Assembly: GCA_951406725.2 (NCBI GenBank) | Contig: OX597814.1 | Coordinates: 204,414,001 to 204,478,000 of the forward strand | Origin: Octopus vulgaris | Taxonomy: Eukaryota | DNA length: 64,000 nucleotides | Direction of reading: 5' to 3' | Shown here: one piece after another, positions 12,143 to 23,040 of the stretch | Numbering within the stretch: position 1 is the stretch's first letter | Layout of the letters: each line of letters begins with the position of its first letter | Made by a program: the position numbers and the translations under genes | Notes under the pieces: generated by a model | What the model was told of the DNA's origin: nothing | The model's database searches: none | What the model saw: only the letters and a program-made list of their open reading frames with translations

Positions 12143-13113
12143 ATCATCATCATCATCATTTAGCGTCCGTTCTCCATGCTAGCATGGGTTGGACGGTTCA
12201 ACTGGGGTCTGTGAAGCTGGAAGGCTTCATCAAGCCCAGTCAGATCTGGCAGTGTTTCTACGGCTGGATGCCCTTCCTAACGCCAACCACTCCGTGAGTG
12301 TAGTGGGTGCTTTTACGTGCCACCTGCACAGGTGCCAGACAGAGCTGGCAAACGGCCACGAACAGATGGTGCTTTTACGTGTCACCGGCACGGGGCCAGG
12401 CGAGGCTGGCAACGGACACGAACGGATGGTGCTTTTACGTGCCACCAACACGGGGGCCAGACAGAGCTGGCAAATGGCCACGAAACGGATGGTGCTTTTA
12501 CGTGTCACCGGCACGGGGTCCAGGCGAGGCTGGCAACGGGCATGAACGGATGGTGCTTTTACATGCCACCGACATGGGGGCCAGACAGGGCTGGCAAACG
12601 GCCACGAACGGATGGTGCTTTTACGTGTCACCGGCACGGGGGCCAGGCGAGACTGGCAACGGACACGAACGGATGGTGTTTTTACATGTCACCGACATGG
12701 GGGCCAGACACGGCTGGCAAACGGCCACGAACGGATGGTGCTTTTACGTGTCACCGGCACGGGGTCCAGACAGAGCTGGCAAACGGCCACGAACGGATGG
12801 TGCTTTTACGTGTCACCGGCACGGGGGCCAGACAGAGCTGGCAAACGGCCACAAACGGATGGTACTTTTACGTGTCACCGGCACGGGGGCCAGGCCAGGC
12901 TGGCAACGAACACGAACGGATGGTGCTTTTACGTGCCACCTACACGGGGGCCAGACAGGGCTGGCGAACGGATGGTACTTTTACGTGTCACCTGCACGGG
13001 GGCCCTGATGTTGATCGACCTCAATTTGGTTTGATCTTGATTTTGACTGTTCTCACTGGTCTTGCCGGGTTTTCTCACGCACAGCATACCTCCAAAGGTC
13101 TCGGTCACTGGTC
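12143..13113 (-). mobile_element. 5'-truncated RTE LINE (ORF end + 3'UTR) with expanded tandem array
   Basis: Same ORF end and stop-proximal sequence as the RTE at 18787 (CTGTTCTCACTGGTCTTGCC), same conserved tail, ends in (ATC)n on +. Confidence 0.9.
12307..13005 (-). repeat. Minisatellite, ~11.5 units of 60-63 bp, in the RTE 3'UTR
   Basis: Units start GGTGCTTTTACGTG at ~12307, 12368, 12428, 12491, 12552, 12614, 12675, 12737, 12799, 12861, 12922, 12974. Two variants: A (GCCAGACAGAGCTGGC) and B (GCCAGGCGAGGCTGGC). Confidence 0.95.
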
Positions 13114-13158
<45 letters not shown>

Positions 13159-13216
13159 CACACACAATAGGCTTCTTTCATCTACCAAGATGAAGACGTC
13201 TCAAAGTATGCTTTCT

Positions 13217-16156
13217 TCAGTCGGTCTCCGAATGACCATTTATTTCAATGGTGAAAACCTTAGGTGTGCGAGAAAGCACACGGAAAGGTCCTTTATAGGG
13301 AGAAACAAGTGGTCCCTTGACAGAGTCATCCCGAACAAAAACATGCGACCAAGTGTCCATATCTGGTGGGAGATGGGATGGTGGAGATTGTTTCCTGGGA
13401 ACCATGGGTGGAAGATTTGAAAAATAGGAACGCAGTCTGGCGACATAGGTCGCCGGATCATGGGGCTGGGAAGTGTCTGGCACCAACATCGTACCAGGCA
13501 ATGCCAGTGTGGTACCATACAGTAGCTCTGCAGAAGAAAACCCCAGGTCTGCCTTGACAGCAGTGCGACAACCGAGAAGTACAGTCGGCAGAAATTCAAT
13601 CCAGGACTGTGCATCTGAAGAGGCACGAAGAGCGGCCTTGAGCTATCTATGGAACTGTTCAACTAATCCATTATACGCTGGATGATAGCTGGTAGTGTGA
13701 ATATGATGCACACCTAATATGCGCGACAATTTGTGAAATAGCGAAGCTTCAAACTGACGTCCACGATCAGTGGTCAATCTGGACGGAACTCCGAAACGGG
13801 AAATCCAGTTCGAAACGAAGGCTCGCGCAACAGTCTCAGCAGAAATGTCTGCTATTGGAATGGCTTCTGGCCAGCGGGAGAAACGATCGACACAAGTTAA
13901 CAGATAAGAAAACCCGCGACTCACAGGCCATGGTCCAACCAGATCGATGTGGACATGGCGAAAACGGGCCTCCGTAGGGGGAAAATGTCCAAGCGGGGCA
14001 TGAACGTGCCGTTGAATCTTCGACCGTTGACACTTGGAGCAGGTGCGTGTCCAAGAAGTAATAGTGCGACGCATATTCGGCCAGAAAAACCGAGCAGTGA
14101 TCAGCTTAAGGGTGGCAGCGATGCTAGGATGTGATAAGGAGTGCAGTGCTTCAAACACTGAGCGTTGAGGATTCTCAGGCATGAGTGGCCTGGGAGAACC
14201 AGTGGAAGTATCACAGAGAATGGTGCCTTCGGCTGACGGAAGCGGTAGGTAGGAAAACTGGCAACAGGAGAACTTGGGCGAAGTTAAGTCTAACGACGCC
14301 AAAGGTGGCTGCTCCTGCGAGATGGCACTTAAGTCGATAGCAGCAGGAGATGAAAGGGTGCAGACTGGAAGGCGAGAGAGAGCGTCAGCAGGAACGTTCT
14401 CTTTTCCAGGTATGTGTCGAATATTACTAGTGAATTGAGAGATAAAATCCAGGTGCCGGAAAGCACGAGGCGAGAGTTTGTCCGTTTTTGAACACAGGGC
14501 AAACGTAAGGGGCTTGTGATCCGTATAGATCACAAAATCTCGCCCTTCAAGTTGAAGCTGGAAGTGACGAACTGATAGATAGATCGCTAGGAGCTCATGA
14601 TCAAAGGTGCTGCATCGTTGTTCAGCTGGTTGCAGTTGGCGGGAAAAGAAAGCCAGAGGTCGCGTGTGATCATCCACTGTGTGTTGTAACACAACGCCAA
14701 TCGCAGTGTCCGATGCGTCAACAGTCAAAGAGAGAGAAGCACCAGGAACCGGATGTGCAAGCAAAGAAACAGAAGCCAGCTCCTTCTTAATGGACTCAAA
14801 GGCTGTGAGTGCCTCAACAGAGAGGGTGACTTGACCGTCCTTTCTAGGAGTGTCCTTTAATAGCCTGGTGAGAGGAAGTAGCTTATCTGCACAACCGGGA
14901 ATAAAACGTCTGTAGAAATTGATCATCCCTAGATAATGCCTGGGAGGTGTGATGCGTTGAATGGCATCGACCTTTGACGATAGAGGGCTGATTCCACTCG
15001 AATCAATATGATGGCCTAGAAAATCTAGGGAAGAGCGTCCGAAAACACACTTGTCGGGATTTATACGTATACTATAAGCGCGAAGACGCTGAAAAAGCTG
15101 AGAAAGGTGCTGGAGATGATTTTCACGTGTGTCGCTCGCAATGAGTATATCATCGACATAGGCAAACACAAAATCAAGACTGCGGACAACCTCATCAATG
15201 AAAGTGCTGGTAGCATTCTGCAAACCGAAACTCATATACAAAAACTCAAAACACCCAAAGGGGGTAGTGATCGCAGTTTTCGGAACGTCGGCTGGGTTGA
15301 CCAGTATTTGATGGTACGCGCGTATAAGGTCGACCTTCGAAAAAATGGTACAACCATGGAGATTTGCCGTAAAGTCCTGTAGATTTCTGATTGGATACCT
15401 GTCGGCTATTGTTACGGCATTGAGGCGTCGATAGTCTCCTACCGGGCGAAAATCAGACTCGCCCTTTCGCGCCAAATGAAGGGGAGACGCCCATGGGCTG
15501 GTGGAGGGGCGTATAAGGCCAAGTTGAAGTATGTGCTCAAACTCGGCCCTAGCCATCTTTAGACGGTCAGGCGCAAGGCGCCGTGGGCGCGAAAATACAG
15601 GCGGCCCAGTGGTGGTGATAAAATGAAGGGTCGAGTGGGTAGGCTTTTCCGGTTGAAAGGCAATGTCCACTAGCTCCGGAAATGAAGCCAAAAGAGAGTG
15701 AAAAGCGTCTCCAGAGGTGGCAACAAAGAATGTCGGGCTAAGGACCGCATTGGTGGAACTCCCAGTCGGCGTAGAGAGCGACGTCGTGCTGTCAAAAAGC
15801 CTCCGACGCCTGACATCCACCAATAGATTAAACCTATCCAAGAAATCAGCGCCGAGAATAGGATGCGGGATGTCAGCGATGACGAAAACCCATTGAAAGT
15901 CTCGACGAAGGTTGATGTCGAGGCGCAGCGAAATCTGACCAAAGGTGGTTATGGGAGACGAGTCAATGGCATGCAAGACAATTGAAGAGCGCTTGGGCTT
16001 GTCTGCAGTCAGACGAAGGGGCCAGATTCTGCTACAAGAGCCGGTGTCCACCATGAAGAATTTCTTCGACACCAGATCTTTTACAAAGAACGCACGATTT
16101 TTGGGAAACAAGAAGGAAGAAGGTGACGTGCTCACCTCCTCCGGATTTAGTTTCCC
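13217..16156 (-). pseudogene. pol: Gypsy pol (protease, RT, RNase H, integrase), one premature stop
   Basis: Motifs VDTGS, DYRRLN, YVDD, VDAS, TDHKPL, HSLSH..CSKC, HIDLVG, TDRG. In-frame TAG at 13643-13645 (HR*LKAAL) with the same frame continuing to 13217. Short in-frame deletions. Confidence 0.93.
16115..16156 (-). promoter_or_regulatory. -1 ribosomal frameshift signal (gag-pol)
   Basis: Minus strand: G GGA AAC slippery heptamer just before the gag TAA, 7-nt spacer, then an 11-bp stem GGAGGAGGTGA-GCACG-TCACCTTCTTC; pol is in the -1 frame. Confidence 0.85.
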
Positions 16157-16896
16157 GAGGGCTGGAAAGTGCACGGCTGGGTACACTGATCTGCCTTTTC
16201 GGCATACTTTGAATGGTACCAGCACCAGCCGGAACGAGAAACAGAGTCACTCCGACTACGGGAAACAGAGCCACTGCGACTACGACTGCGAGGTCGGCGC
16301 CCGATCGCTCGGCACAGATCATCGATTCGCTGCGTAAGCGCATCGATCTTCTCGGCTAATGAATTTTGCGTCGGAGAAACTGTCGGAGGGGGCTCTGTAC
16401 ATGCGTACAGGCCTCGCGATGGAGTTGGTCCCAAAAATTCTAATATTTTATCGGCCATCGTGGCAATCTGGTCTACTGACACAGACTCCAGTGCCGTGGC
16501 CAACATTGTCTGCACGTGGGCAGGCAACCTGGAGAAAAATATCTTCCGCAAGAGTGGCGCGTCTGCTGCGTTCCCGTTTAGCTCCCTTAGGTGGCGCAGG
16601 AACTGGGATGGAGTCCTGTCCCCCAACTGTTCGTCGGCCATTAGTTCATTAAATTGACTCTCCTCCGACCGCGTGCTGCGGCGGAGGATTTTGGCCTTGA
16701 CTGACGCATATGTGGCGTCAGTGTGGGGACTCATTATGAGATCCCTGACCGATGTGGCAAGTCGGGAAGGCAAACTCGAATATAGCAGATGCAACTGCTG
16801 CTGTGGAGGAACGGCATGTGCGGCAAAATGCGACTCCACCTGGGCAAGCCACAGACCCGCATCCCCTGTGAATGAAGGCAAACCTGATGCAGCCAT
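16147..16896 (-). CDS. gag: Gypsy gag (249 aa)
   Basis: LPSF...[25 protein letters not shown] and a C-terminal CWYH-x7-C-x3-C knuckle typical of this Gypsy gag type. Confidence 0.9.
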   Translation of the reverse strand: MAASGLPSFTGDAGLWLAQVESHFAAHAVPPQQQLHLLYSSLPSRLATSVRDLIMSPHTDATYASVKAKILRRSTRSEESQFNELMADEQLGDRTPSQFLRHLRELNGNAADAPLLRKIFFSRLPAHVQTMLATALESVSVDQIATMADKILEFLGPTPSRGLYACTEPPPTVSPTQNSLAEKIDALTQRIDDLCRAIGRRPRSRSRSGSVSRSRSDSVSRSGWCWYHSKYAEKADQCTQPCTFQPSGN

Positions 16897-17268
16897 GTTT
16901 GTCCAAAAAATCGCCTGTCAGAAAGGGGGGCAGAAGGTAAGAACGAGAAGTGGAGAACACGTGGAACCGACAAAGCAAATAAAAAAAAAACGTGTTTTGT
17001 GTACTGGTGTGTGTGTGTGTGCACCTCGTGGGTAGTAAAGAATAAGTGTGTGTGTGCACAAAGGAAAAACAAAAGCTACAGAAAAGAAAAAAAAATAATG
17101 TGTGTGTGTTTTGTTTTTTTTTCAGTGTACTGAGTGCAATGAATAAAACTTTTGTTTGTACGCACCTTCGCCGTCCTGAAAGGAAAAGAAAATGATAATG
17201 AAACTGAGTGTTCAGTGTGCTCACTGGCAAAACCTGTTCACTGCGTCTTCTGTTCTTTTTTTTTTTTC

Positions 17269-17280
17269 TCGGGGTCACCA
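17269..17280 (-). promoter_or_regulatory. Primer-binding site, tRNA-Trp
   Basis: TGGTGACCCCGA 2 nt after the LTR end; complementary to the eukaryotic tRNA-Trp 3' end (...UCGGGGUCACCA). Confidence 0.85.
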
Positions 17281-17282
17281 AT

Positions 17283-17689
17283 TGTAACAGGATCTGGAAT
17301 CAGTATCACTGGAGGGGTGTCCGATCCAATCCCGTCACATTCAATTTAGTTAAATATAACAGACGAAGTCAGGTTATCTGGGAAAAGACAGCAAATGTTG
17401 TTTATTACTCGTGATGGTGTACGTATTTCTGAGGGGAAGCGACAGCCAAATCTGTTGTACTGCTTCTTGTTGGTTGGTTGAAGTGATTTGATGTGGTCCG
17501 CTGCTAAGTCGGTGCGTAGTTCTCAGAGACTACCAAATGCACGTCTGTTCACGAGGGCTGAAAGGGCTAGAGAGAGTGAGTGAGTGGACTGTGGTTTTAG
17601 GGGTCAGTTTCCCGCACATGCGCATGGGGAAGACTTCCGGTGGCCACCCGGAAGTAGTCCCATTCTGCGCATGCGTGCTGAACCTTACA
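17283..17689 (-). repeat. Gypsy 5' LTR (407 bp)
   Basis: TGTAA...TTACA termini, adjacent PBS, AATAAA on the minus strand at ~17402. Confidence 0.85.
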
Positions 17690-17712
17690 CAGCAGCATCA
17701 CTACATATATAT

Positions 17713-18423
17713 ATGCAGTTTGGGTTAGTGCCAGGGAAAAGCACCACTGATGCTAGATTTCTGGTAAGACAGCTGCAGGAGAAATTCCTAGCCAAAGATA
17801 AACCTCTGTACCTGGCCTTCATTGACGTGGAGAAAGCTTTTGATAGAGTTCTCCAATCCCTTACCTGGTGGTCAATGAGGAAATTATGGATAGATGAGTG
17901 GTTAGTGAGAGCTGTACAAGTCATGTACAGGGATGCTGTCAATAAGGTGAGGGTTGGCAACGAGTATAGTGAAGAATTCTGGATAGGGGTAGGGGGTCAA
18001 CCAATGACCAGTCCTCATCCCCCTTTTATTCATCATAGTCCTCCAGGCAATAACAGAGGAATTCAAGACAGGATGCCCCTGGGAGCTCCTCTATGCTGAT
18101 GACCTTGCTCTAATAGCTGAGTCACTATCAGAACTGGAGAAGTTTCAGGTGTGGAAGCAAAGTCTAGAATCGAAGAGTCAATCTAGCAAAAATCAAAGTC
18201 TTAATAAGTCGGAAGGCAGACAAATCACAAATCCCTTCAAGTAGATGGCTCTGCTCGATCTGTAGAAAAGGTGTAGGTAGAAACTCTATAAGATGCACCA
18301 AGTGTAAGCTATGGATACATAAGAGGTGCAATAATATCAAAGGAAGGCTAACTGGGAAGATAGTTTTTGTCTGTGGCGAATGCTCAGGGGCAATAAATGC
18401 TGAAAATGTGCAGAAAACAGCTT
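17713..18423 (+). mobile_element. Older RTE LINE, left half (RT + PHD region), interrupted
   Basis: MQFGLVPGKSTTDA...LYADD...CSICRKG...ENVQKTA with frameshifts; resumes at 23049. Confidence 0.9.
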
Positions 18424-21400
18424 GGACGGTTCAACTGGGAGCCTGTGAAGCCAGAAGGCTGCATCAGGCCCAGTCAGATCTGGCAGTGTTTCTACGGCTG
18501 GATGCCCTTCCTAACGCCAACCACTCCGTGAGTGTAGTGGGTGCTTTTTACGTGTTACCAGCACAGGTGCCAGACGGAGCTGGCAAACGGCCACGAACGG
18601 ATGGTGCTTTTACGTGCCACCGGCACGGGGGCCAGGCGAGGTTGGCAGCGGACACGACGATCGGATGGTTCGCTTAACCACAGCTGCAACTTCCACTGAT
18701 GTTGATCGGCCTCAATTTTGGTTCTGCTTTCTGATATCTGATTTGATTTGGTTTGATTTTGATTTTGATTTTGATTCTGACTGTTCTCACTGGTCTTGCC
18801 AGGTCTTCTCAGGCACAGCATACTTCCATAGGTCTCGGTCTCTAGTCATTTCCTTGGTGAGACCTAAAGTTCGAAGGTCGTGCTTCACCACCTCGTCCCA
18901 GGTTTTCCTGGGTCTACCTCTTTCACAGGTCCTCTCAACTGCCAGGGTGTGGCACTTTTTCACACACCTATCTTCATCCATTCTCGCCACATGATCATAC
19001 CAGCGCAGTCGTCTCTCTTGCACACCATGTCTGATGCTTCTTAGGTCCAACTTTTCTCTCAAGGTACTTACACTCTGTCGATTATGAACACTGACATTAC
19101 ACATCCATCGGAGCATACTAGCTTCATTTCTTGCGAGCTTACGCAAATCCTCAGCAGTCACAGCCCATGTTTCACTACCATGTAGCATGGCTGTACGTAC
19201 ACATGCATCATACAGTCTGCCTTTTACTTTGAGCGAGAGGCCTTTTGTCACCAGCAGGAGTAAGAGCTCTCTAAACTTTGCCCAGGCTATTCTTACTCTA
19301 GCAGTTACACTTTCAGCACACCCGCCCCTGCTACTGACTTGGTCACCTAGGTAGCAGAAGCTATCAACTTCTAGTTTTTCTCCCTGGAATGTGGTAGAAG
19401 TTGGTCTCTGCATATTTTCAGAGCTTATTGCTCCTGAGCATCTGCCACAGATAAAAACTATTTTCCTAGTTAGTCTTCCTTTGACATTAGTACATCTCTT
19501 ATGTGTCCATAGCTTACATTTGGTGCATCTTATAGAGTTTCTACCTACGCCTTTTCTACAGATCGAGCAGGGCCATCTACCTGAAGGCGTTTGTGATTGG
19601 TCTACCTTCCTACTTATTAGGACTTTGGTTTTGGCTAGGTTGATTCTAAGGCCCTTCGATTCTAAACCTTGCTTCCACACCTGAAACTTCTCCTCCAGTT
19701 CTGATAGAGACTCAGCAATTAGAGCAAGGTCATCAGCATAGAGGAGCTCCCAGGGGCATCCTGTCTTGAATTCCTCCGTTATTGCCTGGAGGACTATGAT
19801 AAATAGGAGGGGACTGAGGACTGAACCTTGGTGGACCCCAACCTCTACCCTGAATTCTTCACTGTACTCGATGCCCACCCTCACCTTACTAGCAGCGTCT
19901 CTGTACATGGCTTGTACAGCTCTCACTAACCATTCATCTATCCCTAGTTTCCTCATTGCCCACCAGATAAGGGATCGGGGGACCCTGTCGAAGGCTTTCT
20001 CCATATCAAGAAAAGCCAGGTATAGGGGCTTGTCTTTGGCTAGGTATTTCTCCTGCAGCTGTCTTACCAGGAAGATAGCATCAGTAGTACTTTTCCCTGG
20101 TAGGAACCCAAACTGCATCTCATCTAAGCTAACTCTCTCTCTAATTAGTTGGGCTATAACCCTCTCCGTAACCTTCATTACCTGATCTAGCAGCTTGATA
20201 CCCCTGTAGTTGTTTGTATCTAGGGCGTCACCTTTACCTTTGCTACACCAGTCATTGGGTATGACTCCTTCGTGTATCACCTGGTTAACTATACAGGTGA
20301 CTAGGCTATAGCCGACACTACCAGATATTTTGAGCATCTCTGCAGTAATTCCTGATGGGCCTGGGGCTTTCCCTGTTTACATGCTTTTAATTGCCTTAAC
20401 TACTAAGGAACTGTCAACTCGGATTGCTGGTCCCTCTGTTGAGTCGACATTCGGCAGACTCTCTTTATCCCATTCATTTTCCTCGTTCAGCAACCTTTCA
20501 TAGTGGCGTCTCCAAACCTCTCTCTTTGCATCCTCATTTAGCGCAAGTGAGCCGTCATCCATGCGAACACATTTTTCTCCTACGACATCACGATTCTCTC
20601 TCACACACTGTCTTGCTATACGAAATACCTCAAGTCTTTCATCCTCACAGCGCAGGACATTGGCAAATTTTTTCTTATCTGCTTCCCCTCTGGCTAAATA
20701 CACCTGCCTCCTAGCTTCCCTTCTGGCAGTCTGATACACTTCCCTGCTACCACCGTTCTTCCAGTCCTTCCAAGCCTGTTTCTTTTGTCTAATAGCCCTG
20801 TCAACAATAATGTTCCACCACCATGTTATTTTGGGTCTTGAGGGGAATTTGCACCAGCCACAGATCTGGTCAGTGGCTTTCAGCAGGTTGTCCCTCAGAA
20901 GCGTCCAGTTGTCTTCTACCCCATGTGTAGCTATACCCCCTTCAATTTCGTCAAAGGCTTCAAGTAACATGTCTCTAAATCTCTGTCCATTCGCAGGGTC
21001 TTTAAGCTTCCAGACCCTTCTCCTCCATGTTGGTCGTCTTCTAGTCGTCCTCTTTGCCCTGATCCTAAAGTCACTAACTACCAGTCTATGTTGTGGGGTG
21101 CATTCTTCGCCTGGGAAGGTTTTGGCATTTATAAGCAGCCATCTTTCCCTTTTTCTGGCAAGGATGTAGTCGATTTGGCTAGTATGCCGGCCCGATCGGT
21201 AGGTGACCAGGTGGCTTGTCAGTTTCCTGAAGTTAATGTTGCAAACCATAAGACTATTCGCATTGCAGAACTCCAGCAGCCAGGTTCCCTCCTCGTTGCG
21301 GGAACCATAACCGTAGCCTCCATGTACGCCATGGAAGCCCCCAGCATGTCGTCCAACATGCCCATTGAAGTCACCAGCCACAAAGAGAAGGTCCCTGTCG

Positions 21401-21740
21401 TTCGTCAATGAGGTGGTCTGCAGTAGGGTGTCATAGAAACTGTCTTTCTGTCCATCGGGTAGCCCTGGCTGAGGGGCATAGGCCAATATAATAGTTGCTA
21501 ATCTATGATGAAGCACTATTCTAATCTTAAGTATTCTGTCACTTACTCTGATTACCTCAATTACCTCATCTACCAATTTTTCAGCGAGAAGTATACCCAC
21601 GCCTCCAACCCCGTCAGTGTTTCCTGCCCAGAAAATCTTGTACCTGTGTCCTTTGCCTGTGAGGAACCTAGCAGAACCGCCTCTCCACCTTACTTCTTGG
21701 ATGCAACAGATATCAACTCGTCTCCGTTCAAGCATCTCGA
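18424..21740 (-). mobile_element. Young RTE LINE (APE endonuclease-RT-PHD), slightly 5'- and 3'-truncated
   Basis: ORFs 20377-21735 and 18787-20337 are in the same frame, separated by one TAA (SM*TGKAPGP). APE motifs CIQE, YAP, GDFN, QIDY; RT motifs NYRGI, QFGF, DMEKAFD, GVHQGSVLSP, YADD. 3'UTR lacks the terminal ~45 nt. Confidence 0.95.
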
Positions 21741-21781
21741 GAAAATAATAACAAAAAAGTAGTTTAAGATTAAATACTAAC

Positions 21782-21991
21782 CAGAAGAAGTTTCAAACCT
21801 TTCTCACCAGCTGCGAGAACTCCATCATCAACATATATCAAGCCACTAATTACATCACAGTTGTACTTCACCAAGGCACTGATAGCATCTGCATCAATCA
21901 TGACTGGGGCTATACGCTCTAATAAAGACTTCACAGCTGTGTAGAAAGGAGTTTGCTGGCCAGGATTCCCAACCTTTCGCGATATTTCTTT
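21782..21991 (-). pseudogene. PDS5: PDS5 (cohesin regulator) orphan exon, 210 bp
   Basis: CAG|[42 protein letters not shown]...GLKLLL|GTTAGT; matches recalled PDS5A/B 'EITKKLGNP...[11 protein letters not shown]...ISAL'. Confidence 0.85.
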
Positions 21992-22901
21992 CTGTAATGG
22001 GAATTTATCAAAGAATTTACATTGAGTATGGAAACAGTTTTTCATAAAAAAATTTTCTTTTAAATAAAAAAAAAAAAAACTTGTGGGAAAAATTGATTTA
22101 TTTTTATTCAATGAGGTTTATCTTTTATCTGTTACTCGTTCAGTCATTAGACTGTGGCCATGCTGAGGCACCACCTTGAAGAATTTTAGTCAAACAAATC
22201 AACCCCAGTACTTATTTTTGTTTTCAAGCCTGCTACTTATTCTATTGATCTTTTTTGCCGAACTGCTAGGTTACAGGGATGTAAACACACAAACACCGGT
22301 TGTCAAGTTGTGGGGGTACAAACACATGATGGGCTTCTTTCAGTTTCCATTTACCTAATCCATTCATAAAGCTTTGGTCGGCTTAAAGTACCATACAGTG
22401 GGACTGAACCCAAAACCACGAGGTTCAGAAGCAAACACCTTACCACACAGCCACACCTGCGCTTATGAAACAAACAAATATTCCTCAACCCTATTGAAAT
22501 ACATTACTTTTAGTTCAATTGATTTTGAAAATAACAAAGAATTTAGTAAAATAGTCATTATTTAATGTCAGTTTTCCATGCGAGCAGGGGTTGGACAGCT
22601 GGATGGGAACTAATAAGACCAGGGACTGCACCAAGCACCATAGTCTGTTTTGGCATGGATTCTATGGTTGGATGCCCTTCCAAACACCGACCACATCGCA
22701 GAGTGTACTGGCTGTTTTTATGTGGCACTAGCACCATAACTTAGTCATTAATAAAACTGGTACCTGCAGCCTAAGTCATTATGGAATTTTGATGGAAAGT
22801 TTTAATTTAAAACAGAGACTTTGTAATATAGGACCAAGAGCAGTTTCAGGCAGATTAGTATCAAAAGGATTAAAGTGAAGAAAACCAAAGAAAATAATTA
22901 C

Positions 22902-23040
22902 AACAGCATCTTCAGCCTTGCGGCATGTGCAGTCTGAGCTGACCAGTGCTTTTAGACAATGGCGAACATGTTTATCTTCTCTCAAAATATGATTGAATTT
23001 TTAAAGATGTTCCTGAGCTTTGTTAGGTTCAGGTAACTGT
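22902..23040 (-). pseudogene. PDS5: PDS5 orphan exon, 139 bp, with in-frame TAA
   Basis: CAG|QLPEPNKAQEHL*KFNHILREDKHVRHCLKALVSSDCTCRKAEDAV|GTAATT; matches PDS5 'LPDPGKAQ...LVSPTCSCKQAE'. Stop at 23001-23003; phase 0 junction to the next exon. Confidence 0.85.

Larger units (their letters stand above)
13189..17689 (-). mobile_element. Ty3/Gypsy LTR retrotransposon, 3' LTR missing
   Basis: LTR-PBS-gag-pol in PR-RT-RH-IN order; breaks off just after the integrase GPY/F region (PYKGPFRV...DRLKKAY). Confidence 0.95.

Noticed and set aside
12307-13005. CRISPR-like appearance of regularly spaced repeats
   Set aside because: Intervening sequences are variants of one unit rather than unique spacers, there are no cas genes, and the array lies in a eukaryotic LINE 3'UTR.
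11578-13420. Long overlapping ORFs (up to 367 aa)
   Set aside because: Produced by stop-poor GC-rich tandem units on both strands; no recognisable domain.
20337-20379. Two-ORF structure or frameshift in the RTE
   Set aside because: Both ORFs are in the same frame; a single nonsense codon splits one APE-RT ORF.
21782-23040. Functional PDS5 gene
   Set aside because: Only two internal exons, an in-frame stop, and both flanks are halves of one interrupted RTE.
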